This document shows, piece after piece, positions 20,506 through 30,516 of a stretch of DNA of 64,000 nucleotides. The stretch is from an uncultured Candidatus Binatia bacterium (GTDB lineage: Bacteria > Desulfobacterota > Binatia > Bin18). Below the pieces are notes generated by a model, which saw nothing but the letters and a program-made list of their open reading frames with translations, was not told the origin of the DNA and searched no databases. The stretch spans positions 1,792,001 through 1,856,000 of the forward strand of contig OZ241744.1 of assembly GCA_965200965.1 (NCBI GenBank), read 5' to 3'. A program made the position numbers and the translations under genes. The first letter of the stretch is position 1. Each line of letters starts with the position of its first letter.

Positions 20506-21233
20506 AATTCTGGTGCGTTTTCAAAAAAGAGCTTCAGGTCTACTACGGTTCGTTCATCGCCTACGCCTTGTCTATGGCCTTTCTGGTCCTGGCCGGATAT
20601 TTTTTTTACACCGACATGATCTTCTACGACCTGTTCGGCGACTTCATGGATATCACCACCTCGCTGTGGTTCTACTATTTTCAGGACCTGCGCTTTTTCA
20701 GCCTGCTCATCCTGCCCCTGCTGACCATGCGCCTGTTTGCCGAGGAAAAAAAGCTGGGCACGATCGAGCTGCTGTGGACCTATCCGCTCAAGGACTCGCA
20801 CCTCATTTTGGGCAAGTTCCTGGCCAGCTTTTTTGTATTTTTCCTGATGCTGGCCGCCACCCTGCTCTACCCGCTGCTGCTGTCAACGATTCACGCCTTT
20901 GCCTGGGGGCCACCCCTGTCGGGCTACTGCGGCATTCTGCTGCTGGGCGCGTCCTTTATTGCCTGCGGCACATTTATCTCGTCACTGACCGAGAATCAGC
21001 TGGTCAGCGCCATGTCAACCTATGCGGTGCTGGTCTCGTGGTGGTTTTTGACCTGGAATGAAGAGGCGGTCGGGGACGAGTTGCTGGGGATTTCCCTGTT
21101 TGATCGCTTTGAGCCGTTTGCCAAGGGCGTGATCAACACCAAAGATGTCTTCTTTTTTGTGATCGTCACCCTGGTGTTCCTCTATCTGACCCTCCGATCC
21201 ATGGAGTCGCGGAAATGGCGCGGGACACGTTAG
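20502..21233 (+). CDS. ABC-2 type permease (GldF-like)
   Basis: LTMRLFAEEKKLGTIELL.T.P, LGKF, ISSLTENQ motifs. Confidence 0.9.
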   Translation: MKFWCVFKKELQVYYGSFIAYALSMAFLVLAGYFFYTDMIFYDLFGDFMDITTSLWFYYFQDLRFFSLLILPLLTMRLFAEEKKLGTIELLWTYPLKDSHLILGKFLASFFVFFLMLAATLLYPLLLSTIHAFAWGPPLSGYCGILLLGASFIACGTFISSLTENQLVSAMSTYAVLVSWWFLTWNEEAVGDELLGISLFDRFEPFAKGVINTKDVFFFVIVTLVFLYLTLRSMESRKWRGTR

Positions 21234-22627
21234 AAGACCTCACTGCACCGGACCCCGGGACCGGTCTGTGGCCGGGCGCGGAAACCGTTCGGCGCAGCTG
21301 CCTGTTGGGGCTTGAGATCGGGTTCGTGCTGGGAATAGTCTTTTCGCTGGGCAGCCTGATCGGTCGTTGGAATGCCCGCTTTGATCTCACCCCCAACCAG
21401 AAGTACAGCCTGGCCCCCATCACCGTCCAAACCCTGGACAGCATCACCTTTCCGGTCCAAGCCACCATTTTTTACCGACGCGGCGACCGTGAAAAGCATG
21501 ACGAACTGCTCAGCCTGATGCACCAGGCAAACGCGCTGTTCCAATACCGCTTATACGACCTCGACCGTGCCCCCGGCCTGGCCCAACGCTATGGGGTCAC
21601 GGCCTATGGGACGGTCATCCTGGAGTCGGCCGACAATCGGGTAACCCTGCCGATGGTGGACGAAGAGCGTCTGCTGAACGCGCTGCTGCGCGTCTCCCAG
21701 AGCCAGAAAAGCGTCTATTTCCTGGTCGGTCACGGCGAGAATAATCCGGGCGACAGCCAGGAACGCAACGGCTATGGCGTAGTCCGGCAGGTCCTGGAAA
21801 CCGAAAACTATCAGGTCCGCCCCCTGGCCCTGCTCCAGACCAGACAGGTTCCGTCCGACGCCAACCTCGTTATTGTCAGCGGCCCCAAGGAAGACCTGGC
21901 CCCGGCCGAGTTAGCGGCCCTCACGACCTATCTCGACGCCGGCGGGAACGCCTTGCTAATGCTCGACCCCTTTACCGTGCCCCGTCTGTCCGCCTACTTG
22001 GCCCGGTTCGGGCTGCGCCTAGCCGAAGATGTGGTGATTGATGAAGAGCGCGGCGTGGCCGGTGGAGAGCCGCTGATGCCGATCATCTCGGATTTTGCCG
22101 AAGACATTTTTCCCCGCCGGCTAAGCGGCTCGCCAATTCTGCCCTACACCCGTCCGGTTCGCGTTCAGGACGGCCAAGCCACCCCATTTGCCTTCTCCAG
22201 CGAAGGCAGTTGGGCCTTAAAGAACAGAGCCCGGGCCGAACAAGAGGGACTGTATTTCAAAGAGGGTGAGGACGAGCGCGGCCCCATTCCGGTCGCCGCG
22301 GTCGCCGCGGTCGGCACAGAGCGGTCGGGCAAGTTGGTCGTGCTGGGCGACTCAGACTTTGTGAACAATTTTTACGCCCGCATTCCGGGCAATGTGGACT
22401 TCTTTATGAATACGGTCGGCTGGATGTTGGGACGCCAGCAGCTGATCAGCATGGGCCGCAACCCGGGCGGCATCCCCGACCAGAAACGGGTCTCAACTCC
22501 CCGTCAGAGCTTATACCTCTCCGAGTTGCAGAAGCGTCGCTTCTTCTGGTTGATGGTCGTCCTCGAACCTGCCCTGGTCCTGGCCATCGGTCTGTGTATT
22601 GCCGTTCAACGGAGAAGACGCGGATGA
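21215..22627 (+). CDS. GldG-like ABC transporter auxiliary protein
   Basis: RFDLT..QKYSL, VYFLVGHGE, GP..DL...E, LVVLGDSDF..N, C-terminal TM helix; start uncertain. Confidence 0.85.
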   Translation: MARDTLEDLTAPDPGTGLWPGAETVRRSCLLGLEIGFVLGIVFSLGSLIGRWNARFDLTPNQKYSLAPITVQTLDSITFPVQATIFYRRGDREKHDELLSLMHQANALFQYRLYDLDRAPGLAQRYGVTAYGTVILESADNRVTLPMVDEERLLNALLRVSQSQKSVYFLVGHGENNPGDSQERNGYGVVRQVLETENYQVRPLALLQTRQVPSDANLVIVSGPKEDLAPAELAALTTYLDAGGNALLMLDPFTVPRLSAYLARFGLRLAEDVVIDEERGVAGGEPLMPIISDFAEDIFPRRLSGSPILPYTRPVRVQDGQATPFAFSSEGSWALKNRARAEQEGLYFKEGEDERGPIPVAAVAAVGTERSGKLVVLGDSDFVNNFYARIPGNVDFFMNTVGWMLGRQQLISMGRNPGGIPDQKRVSTPRQSLYLSELQKRRFFWLMVVLEPALVLAIGLCIAVQRRRRG

Positions 22628-23169
22628 GCCTGTCAGCAGAAAGTCGTCGAGTTATTGGGCTGGGACTCATCGCGCTCGCCCTGGGCAGCTACACTTATCT
22701 CAGCGCTCCCAAAAGCCGGCCCCTCAGCCGACCTCAAGCTACCGCCGACCGGGAACGCCCGGCCCTGAACTTTACGGCCAAAGAAGTTACCCGGATTGAG
22801 CTGGTGTATAGACAACAACACCTGGTCTGCCAGCGCGGCAAAGACGGCTGGCAAGTGGCCGCAACCGGGATGCCGATCCGTGCCGAAGCGGTCCAGGACT
22901 TTCTGAGCAATCTCGGCAAGCTGCTTCACCTTGGCGATGTCGAAGGCATACAGGAAGAGCTGGGCGAATATGGCCTCAAGCCGCCTCAGGCCTCAATTAC
23001 CCTGCTGAGCGGCCAGGAAACGCGCCGGCTGCGCATCGGCACCCGCAATCCGGTCCAGAGCAGCCTGTACGCCCAGATCAACGATTCGCCCCAGGTCCTG
23101 CTTGTCGGTGCCGTTGTCCTGTGGGACATACGCAAGCTGTTCACCGCCGCCAACCAGGCCCAGGGATAG
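22624..23169 (+). CDS. DUF4340-domain protein
   Basis: N-terminal TM, L.EYGL..P and L.IG..NP....YA motifs; ATGA overlap with the gldG-like gene. Confidence 0.75.
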   Translation: MSLSAESRRVIGLGLIALALGSYTYLSAPKSRPLSRPQATADRERPALNFTAKEVTRIELVYRQQHLVCQRGKDGWQVAATGMPIRAEAVQDFLSNLGKLLHLGDVEGIQEELGEYGLKPPQASITLLSGQETRRLRIGTRNPVQSSLYAQINDSPQVLLVGAVVLWDIRKLFTAANQAQG

Positions 23170-23220
23170 GGCCGACAGCACGCCTTCTCAGACCGGCGTC
23201 TTTGGCCGCGATCTCTCCCA

Positions 23221-23249
23221 TTGTCTCGCCAATCAGAATTTGCTATGGT
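23221..23249 (+). promoter_or_regulatory. Putative sigma70 promoter for the RRM genes
   Basis: TTGTCT-N17-TATGGT with an extended -10 TGn. Confidence 0.5.
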
Positions 23250-23304
23250 GGCGATCGGTCACTAGCTGACCGTCTGTATTCGCTGAGTGAGTTGGTTCGA
23301 GAGC

Positions 23305-23346
23305 AAAGGCCCGGGAACCCGCTCATGGTTCCCCGGGCCTTTTTTT
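23305..23346 (+). terminator. Terminator-like hairpin in the 5' leader of the RRM gene
   Basis: AAAGGCCCGGGAACC-loop-GGTTCCCCGGGCCTTT with a T7 run, about 10 nt upstream of the GGAGGAG RBS. Confidence 0.65.
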
Positions 23347-23365
23347 ACCACGACGGAGGAGAAAC

Positions 23366-23644
23366 GTGGCAAACAAGCTTTTTGTTGGAAATCTGCCCTT
23401 TAGCGCGACCAATCAGGATCTCGAAGAACTCTTTGCTCAGTCGGGGGCCGTGACATCGGTCAACATCATTATGGACAAGTTTACCGGCCGTTCGCGCGGG
23501 TTTGGCTTTGTCGAAATGGGCACTGACGAAGAGGCGCGGGCGGCCATCGAGCGCTTCCATGAGTACGAACTGAACGGCCGGCCGCTGACGGTCAACGAGG
23601 CCAAGCCCAAAGAACCGCGCGGTGAGGGCCGCGAGCGCTGGTAG
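23366..23644 (+). CDS. RNA-binding protein, single RRM
   Basis: RNP2 LFVGNL, RNP1 RGFGFVEM, L.VNEA; GTG start with a strong RBS. Confidence 0.93.
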   Translation: MANKLFVGNLPFSATNQDLEELFAQSGAVTSVNIIMDKFTGRSRGFGFVEMGTDEEARAAIERFHEYELNGRPLTVNEAKPKEPRGEGRERW

Positions 23645-23699
23645 CCCCAGCCGCTCATGTCCGTCGCTCCGATCCTATGCGCCAGGCAGGGAGGTCGTC

Positions 23700-24308
23700 T
23701 TGAGTACGCGTCTGTATGTCGGAAATCTACCCTCACGTCTGTGTTTTCCCGAACTGGAAGACTTGTTTACCCCGTTTGGTCCGATCGCCACGGCCGAGCT
23801 GATTACCGACCCGGCCACCGGCTGGTCGCGCGGCTTCGGCTTTGTTGAGATGACCAACAACGAAGACGCCCAAGCCGCCGTAACGGCCCTGAACGGCCAC
23901 GAGGTGGAGGGCAATACCCTCGTTGTCAACGAAGCCAGCCTGATGCGTGGAGGTCCGCGAGACAGAGGCCCACGGTTCGGTGGGGGAGACGGCGGACGAT
24001 CGTCGGGCGGTCCGCCACGTTCACGCGGGACCCGTCTATTTGTCGGCAACCTGCCCTATAGCGCCAGCGCTTCAGATGTTGAAACCTTGCTCAAAGAAGC
24101 CGGAACCGTGGCCAGTGTCGGTCTCGTGACAGACCGCGGGACCGGCCAGTCAAAAGGCTTCGCCTTTGTTGAGATGGGATCAAAAGAAGAGGCCGAGGCG
24201 GCTATCAAGCGCTTTAACGGCCAGACCCAACTCGGGCGCGTGCTCAAAGTGAACGAAGCCCGGCCGGCAGAGCGGCGGGGCGGTGGCGGCGGACGCCGCC
24301 GCTATTAG
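23700..24308 (+). CDS. RNA-binding protein with two RRMs and Gly/Arg-rich linkers
   Basis: LYVGNL/RGFGFVEM and LFVGNL/KGFAFVEM; TTG start after GGAGG. Confidence 0.9.
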   Translation: MSTRLYVGNLPSRLCFPELEDLFTPFGPIATAELITDPATGWSRGFGFVEMTNNEDAQAAVTALNGHEVEGNTLVVNEASLMRGGPRDRGPRFGGGDGGRSSGGPPRSRGTRLFVGNLPYSASASDVETLLKEAGTVASVGLVTDRGTGQSKGFAFVEMGSKEEAEAAIKRFNGQTQLGRVLKVNEARPAERRGGGGGRRRY

Positions 24309-24357
24309 ACCACAGGCGTCCCGCCCGGTTCTGAAGTCCACAGGCCAGGGGTACGGC

Positions 24358-25659
24358 TCAAAACCCTGCCCCTTGTTCCTCGCCGGTGCCGGTCGCAAGA
24401 CTGTAAAACACCAGGCCGGTCAGGAGTTTCGGATAGAAATAGGTTGATTTGTGGGGCATGGTCTCCCCCCCGGCACACACCTGCTGCACCTGCTGATACG
24501 GAGTCGGGTTCAGCAGAAAAGCGGCTTGGCAGCACCCCTCAGCCACCGCTTGCAGAGCCTCCTGGTCGCTGCTGGTATACGAGACGACTTCTTCCTGCCG
24601 CTCGGGCCTGAGGCCCAAGACACGCCCCAAGAGCACATCGTGCAGGACCGTCACATCAACAGCCCGCAGGGCGGCAGATGTGCCCGCACCCCGATTGACC
24701 CGATCGTCAAAGGACAACAGCCAGTAGTGTTCAGCCCCGGCTACAGCACAGCCGATCCGCCGTTCGGTCCCGCGGTCGCGGAGCGCGACCAGGAAATCCG
24801 CGGCCTGCCGCCGGGCGTACAGCCGCAGCCGGAAATCCCGACTGAAAACGGCCCGCAAGGCGTTCACGCTCGGCAGGGGCGCGTCGTGAAGCAGGCGGTG
24901 GGTGGGCAGAATCACCACGCCTTCGTCCTCGGCGTTGGCCACATACGCCAAGACATACCGCATCGCGGCCTCGGGCGGTGTACGCACCACAAGGTTTTCC
25001 CGGCAATAGCGCAGCGCGGTCTCATAGCGATGATGGCCGTCGGCAATAATCAGGGACTCCGCAGACAAACCCGCCACCACTTCGGCGATCATGGCCGGGT
25101 TTGTCACCCGCCAGACGGTGTGTCGGTTGTTGTATCCGTCTGTGACGGTGATAATCGGCCGGCCAGTCAGTTCCGCGGCCAGGACCCGTTCAATTGACCA
25201 GTCTTTGCGCATGTACAACAAAAACACCGGGCTGAGTTGCGCCCGACAGGCTCTGAGTAAAGCCAAGCGATCTTTTTTGGCGTCCTCAAAGGTTCGCTCG
25301 TGGGGACGAATGACACCGCTGGCAAACTCTTCGAGCCGGACCGCGGCTAGGAGCCCGGTGCGGCGACGCGGGCGGCCATCGGGCAGGCTGAAGTCCTGGC
25401 TGTAGACGTACAGCGAAGGCTCGGGGTCCTGCATCAAGACCCGTTTTTCACGCCAGATGCACCACAGATTGGCCGCGGCGGCATAGCGCTCCGCGGTCTG
25501 ATTCAGGTCGAGATGAATCGCGTTATAGGGGCTCTGGCTGTGGAGCAGGGTCTGTTGGTGGGCGGAGATCACATCGTAGGGCGGGCAGACGAGCGCTTGC
25601 AGGTCGCCGGCCACCGCCGGATTGTAACGGATGCCGCGAAAGGCTCGAAGGTGTGCCAT
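24358..25659 (-). CDS. DUF1015 family protein
   Basis: PPYDVIS, IRPHERT, IADGHHRYET, MPHKSTYFYPKL.TGL; ATGA overlap with purD. Confidence 0.9.
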   Translation of the reverse strand: MAHLRAFRGIRYNPAVAGDLQALVCPPYDVISAHQQTLLHSQSPYNAIHLDLNQTAERYAAAANLWCIWREKRVLMQDPEPSLYVYSQDFSLPDGRPRRRTGLLAAVRLEEFASGVIRPHERTFEDAKKDRLALLRACRAQLSPVFLLYMRKDWSIERVLAAELTGRPIITVTDGYNNRHTVWRVTNPAMIAEVVAGLSAESLIIADGHHRYETALRYCRENLVVRTPPEAAMRYVLAYVANAEDEGVVILPTHRLLHDAPLPSVNALRAVFSRDFRLRLYARRQAADFLVALRDRGTERRIGCAVAGAEHYWLLSFDDRVNRGAGTSAALRAVDVTVLHDVLLGRVLGLRPERQEEVVSYTSSDQEALQAVAEGCCQAAFLLNPTPYQQVQQVCAGGETMPHKSTYFYPKLLTGLVFYSLATGTGEEQGAGF

Positions 25660-26945
25660 CAGTCTTGCGAGGCGGTACGCTGGAAGGCCCGCCAACCGAT
25701 ATCACGCCGGTAGTGCATACCCGGCCAGCTCATCTGTTCAACGGCGCGGTAGGTGTTGGCCAGGGCCGCCCGAAAATCGCGCCCGCAGCCCGTCACGCCC
25801 AAGACCCGCCCGCCCCTGGTGACAAAGCGGTCGTCCTGTTTTGCCGTTCCGGCGTGGAAGACCACCCCCTCCGACCAGTCGTGGAGGGCGTCCAAGCCGC
25901 TGATCGGATGACCAGTTTCATAGCTGCCGGGGTAACCCTTGGCCGCCAGCACCACACATACGGCCGGGCGTTCATCCCATACCAGGGACACATCGGCCAG
26001 GCGTTCATCAATGACCGCTTCCATCACCTCAACCAAATCGGACTTGAGACGGAGCATCAACGGCTGGCATTCCGGGTCGCCAAAACGGACATTGAACTCA
26101 AGCACCTTGGGCCCGTCCCGGGTGAGCATCAGCCCCGCGTACACGATCCCTTTGTAGACAATGCCCCGCTGTCTCAAGCCGTGGAGGGTGGGGGATAGAA
26201 TCTCCTCAAGAATCTGTGCGGACAGCCGGGGCGTTATCACCGGGGCCGGAGAATAGGCACCCATACCGCCGGTATTTGGCCCCTGGTCGGCGTCAAAAAC
26301 GCGCTTATGGTCCTGCGCAGACGCTAACGGGAGCAGGCTCGTGCCGTCGCTCAAGGCCAGAAACGAGACTTCTTCACCCTCCAGGAACTCTTCAATCACC
26401 ACCCGGTCGCCGGCCGCGCCAAAGGCCCGTGCCCGCATAATATGCTCAATTGCCACGTCGGCGGCCTCGGGCGTGGGACAGATCAGCACGCCTTTCCCCG
26501 CGGCCAGACCGTCGGCCTTGACCACCAGCGGCGCGCCAAGGCTGGCCACATAGCGATGTGCCTCGTCCGGGTCAGTACAGGAGTGAAACGTGGGTGAGGC
26601 CACCCCCTGGTCGCGCAACAACTGGCGGGTAAAGGCTTTGCTGGCCTCCAGCTGGGCAGCCTGACGCCGCGGACCAAAGATACGCAGGCCGGCGGCCTCA
26701 AAAGCGTCAACAATGCCCAGACTCAGTGGCAGTTCGGGACCGACTACGGTCAGATCAATGCGCTGAACTTGGGCAAAGCGCACCAGACCCGGAATGTCTT
26801 CGGGGGTGAGGGTGACCAGCTCGGCCAATTCCGCCATGCCCGGGTTGCCCGGGGCGCAATAGAGCCGGGATACCCGCGGACTGTGGCGAATCTTCCACAC
26901 CAGGGCGTGCTCACGGCCACCGCTGCCAATGACAAGCACCCTCAT
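25659..26945 (-). CDS. purD: Phosphoribosylamine-glycine ligase
   Basis: MRVLVIGSGGREHAL, KADGLAAGKGV, QDHKR, GPNTGGMGAYSP, EFNVRFGDPE. Confidence 0.97.
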   Translation of the reverse strand: MRVLVIGSGGREHALVWKIRHSPRVSRLYCAPGNPGMAELAELVTLTPEDIPGLVRFAQVQRIDLTVVGPELPLSLGIVDAFEAAGLRIFGPRRQAAQLEASKAFTRQLLRDQGVASPTFHSCTDPDEAHRYVASLGAPLVVKADGLAAGKGVLICPTPEAADVAIEHIMRARAFGAAGDRVVIEEFLEGEEVSFLALSDGTSLLPLASAQDHKRVFDADQGPNTGGMGAYSPAPVITPRLSAQILEEILSPTLHGLRQRGIVYKGIVYAGLMLTRDGPKVLEFNVRFGDPECQPLMLRLKSDLVEVMEAVIDERLADVSLVWDERPAVCVVLAAKGYPGSYETGHPISGLDALHDWSEGVVFHAGTAKQDDRFVTRGGRVLGVTGCGRDFRAALANTYRAVEQMSWPGMHYRRDIGWRAFQRTASQD

Positions 26946-26946
26946 C

Positions 26947-28530
<1,584 letters not shown>

Positions 28531-28616
28531 CAACTCTCCTCCCCCTTGTCTGGCTGCGCATGTGCGAGGGGACATACCAAAAGCCCGGCGGCTTGTCCAG
28601 GGACGGCCGCTATGGC

Positions 28617-28645
28617 TTGTCAAGCTCGGGGCGAAGGCATATGGT
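28617..28645 (+). promoter_or_regulatory. Putative sigma70 promoter for thiSGE
   Basis: TTGTCA-N17-TATGGT, ending 9 nt before the thiS ATG. Confidence 0.45.
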
Positions 28646-28654
28646 GGGACGGTT

Positions 28655-28855
28655 ATGAGGATTGTCCTTAACGGCGAAGAGCGCGAGTGTCAGGACGGAT
28701 GGACACTGGCGGACCTGGTCAAAGACCTGGGCCTCAGCCACAAGCGCATTGCCGCTGAGGTGAATCGAGACATCATCCCCCGCACCGAGTATGACCAGCA
28801 GCGTCTCCAGGCCGACGATGTGGTTGAAGTCATCAACTTTGTGGGCGGGGGATAG
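28655..28855 (+). CDS. thiS: Sulfur carrier protein ThiS
   Basis: 66 aa MRIVLNGE...AAEVNRDII...[10 protein letters not shown]; C-terminal GG; precedes thiG. Confidence 0.93.
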   Translation: MRIVLNGEERECQDGWTLADLVKDLGLSHKRIAAEVNRDIIPRTEYDQQRLQADDVVEVINFVGGG

Positions 28856-28886
28856 CGGGCAGCATGCAGAACGGGGCAGGTGGACT

Positions 28887-29660
28887 ATGAAGGACCCTTT
28901 CATTCTTGCCGGCAGAGAGTACCAGTCACGCCTTATTGTGGGGACGGGCAAGTATAAAGATTTCACCGAGACCAGGCGGGCCGTTGAAGCCTCGGGGGCT
29001 GAGATTGTCACCGTGGCCGTGCGACGGGTGAATATCACCGACCCCAACAGGGAGAATCTGCTTGACTACATTGACCCGCACACCTATACCATCCTGCCCA
29101 ATACCGCCGGCTGCTCCACGGCTGAGGACGCGATTCGGACCTGCCGGCTGGCGCGTGAGGCCGGGGTTGGCAATATGGTCAAGCTGGAGGTCATCGGCGA
29201 CGACAAAACCCTGTTCCCCGATATTCCGGCCACGCTGGAAGCGGCCCAGGTGCTGGTGAACGAGGGCTTTGTCGTCCTGCCGTATATTCACGACGACCCG
29301 GTCTCGTGCAAAAAACTCGAAGACATGGGCTGTGCCGCGGTCATGCCGCTGGCCGCCCCGATTGGTTCCGGTCTGGGTATCCGCAATCCATACAATATTC
29401 AGATTATTCGTGAACACAGCGCGGTGCCGGTGGTGGTTGATGCCGGGGTTGGGACCGCCTCGGATGCCGCGGTCGCCCTTGAAATGGGCTGTGACGCGGT
29501 GCTGATGAACACGGCGATTGCTGCGGCCCAAGACCCCATCCTGATGGCCGAAGCGATGAAGCTGGGTATCGAGGCCGGGCGCAAAGCCTTCTTGGCCGGG
29601 CGTATGCCCAGGAAACTGTACGCCACAGCCTCAAGCCCCGTCCAGGGGCTGCTCGGATAA
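28887..29660 (+). CDS. thiG: Thiazole synthase
   Basis: [46 protein letters not shown]. Confidence 0.97.
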   Translation: MKDPFILAGREYQSRLIVGTGKYKDFTETRRAVEASGAEIVTVAVRRVNITDPNRENLLDYIDPHTYTILPNTAGCSTAEDAIRTCRLAREAGVGNMVKLEVIGDDKTLFPDIPATLEAAQVLVNEGFVVLPYIHDDPVSCKKLEDMGCAAVMPLAAPIGSGLGIRNPYNIQIIREHSAVPVVVDAGVGTASDAAVALEMGCDAVLMNTAIAAAQDPILMAEAMKLGIEAGRKAFLAGRMPRKLYATASSPVQGLLG

Positions 29661-29661
29661 A

Positions 29662-30291
29662 TTGATCGACTTCCGCCTGTACTTTGTCACCGACCGCCAC
29701 CAGACGGCCGGCCGGCCCTTGCCCGATGTCGTCCGGGCCGCCTTGGACGGCGGCGTGCGTGCCGTGCAGCTGCGCGAGAAAGACCTGGAGGCCGGGGAGT
29801 TGTATCGGCTGGCCGCCCGGCTGCGCGAGCTCACCGCTCGCTACGCGGCTCGCCTGCTGATTAACGATCGACTCGACGTGGCCCTTGCCGTTGAGGCCGA
29901 CGGTGTCCACCTTGGACAGATGTCTTTTCCGGTCCGGGCCGCCCGCCAGTTGCTCGGCCCGGACACACTCATCGGCGTCTCCACCCATACACCGGCCGAA
30001 ATCGTGGCCGCGGAAGGAGCGGATTTTGTGATCTTTGGACCGGTGTATTTCACCCCCTCCAAGGCGACCTACGGCAAGCCGCAAGGGCTTGAACGTTTAC
30101 GCCAGGCGGTCCGCTCCAGCCCGGTGCCGGTCTTCGCCATTGGCGGCATACACACCGGCCGCATCGCCGCGGTCCGGGCGGCCGGCGCACGCGGCATCGC
30201 CCTCATCTCGGCCTTGAGCGGCGCGCCCGATCCACGCCGGACGGCCCAAGCCCTGTTAGCCCAACTCGACCCGCCAGACAGGGCCGATTGA
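29662..30291 (+). CDS. thiE: Thiamine-phosphate synthase
   Basis: VQLREK, LLINDRLD, DGVHLG, GVSTH, T.SK, AIGGI. Confidence 0.93.
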   Translation: MIDFRLYFVTDRHQTAGRPLPDVVRAALDGGVRAVQLREKDLEAGELYRLAARLRELTARYAARLLINDRLDVALAVEADGVHLGQMSFPVRAARQLLGPDTLIGVSTHTPAEIVAAEGADFVIFGPVYFTPSKATYGKPQGLERLRQAVRSSPVPVFAIGGIHTGRIAAVRAAGARGIALISALSGAPDPRRTAQALLAQLDPPDRAD

Positions 30292-30343
30292 CATTCTGTC
30301 AGCCGTCCTCTATCCCTCTTCCTCTATATCCACTCTCCTCTCT

Positions 30344-30416
30344 GCCACCCTAGCTCAGCTGGTAGAGCAGCTGATTCGTAATCAGCAGGTCGTCGGTTCA
30401 AGTCCGATGGGTGGCT
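30344..30416 (+). tRNA. tRNA-Thr (anticodon CGT); CCA not encoded
   Basis: Acceptor stem GCCACCC/GGGTGGC, D arm GCTC..GAGC, anticodon arm GCTGA-TTCGTAA-TCAGC, T arm GTCGG-TTCAAGT-CCGAT. Confidence 0.95.
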
Positions 30417-30423
30417 CTTGCCA

Positions 30424-30447
30424 CGCCCCCTGAGTGCTCAGGGGGCG
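30424..30447. other. Near-perfect inverted repeat downstream of the tRNA (terminator or processing hairpin)
   Basis: CGCCCCCTGAG-TG-CTCAGGGGGCG; no clear U tract. Confidence 0.45.
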
Positions 30448-30516
30448 GCTATGTGGCTGCACGGCGACGATTCAGGCAGGCATCGCGTGGAAAACCGCCC
30501 CTGACCGAGCTTGAAC

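Noticed and set aside
22290-22313. 9-bp tandem repeat (VAAVAAVG) in the GldG-like gene
   Set aside because: Short, in frame, low complexity, with no filler sequence.
30288-30343. TTGACA-N17-TATCCC and a pyrimidine-rich tract before the tRNA
   Set aside because: Probably an ordinary tRNA promoter and leader; the -10 match is too weak to annotate.
30344-30416. tRNA-Thr as the attachment site of the downstream accessory region
   Set aside because: I found no duplicated tRNA 3' end and no integrase in the window.
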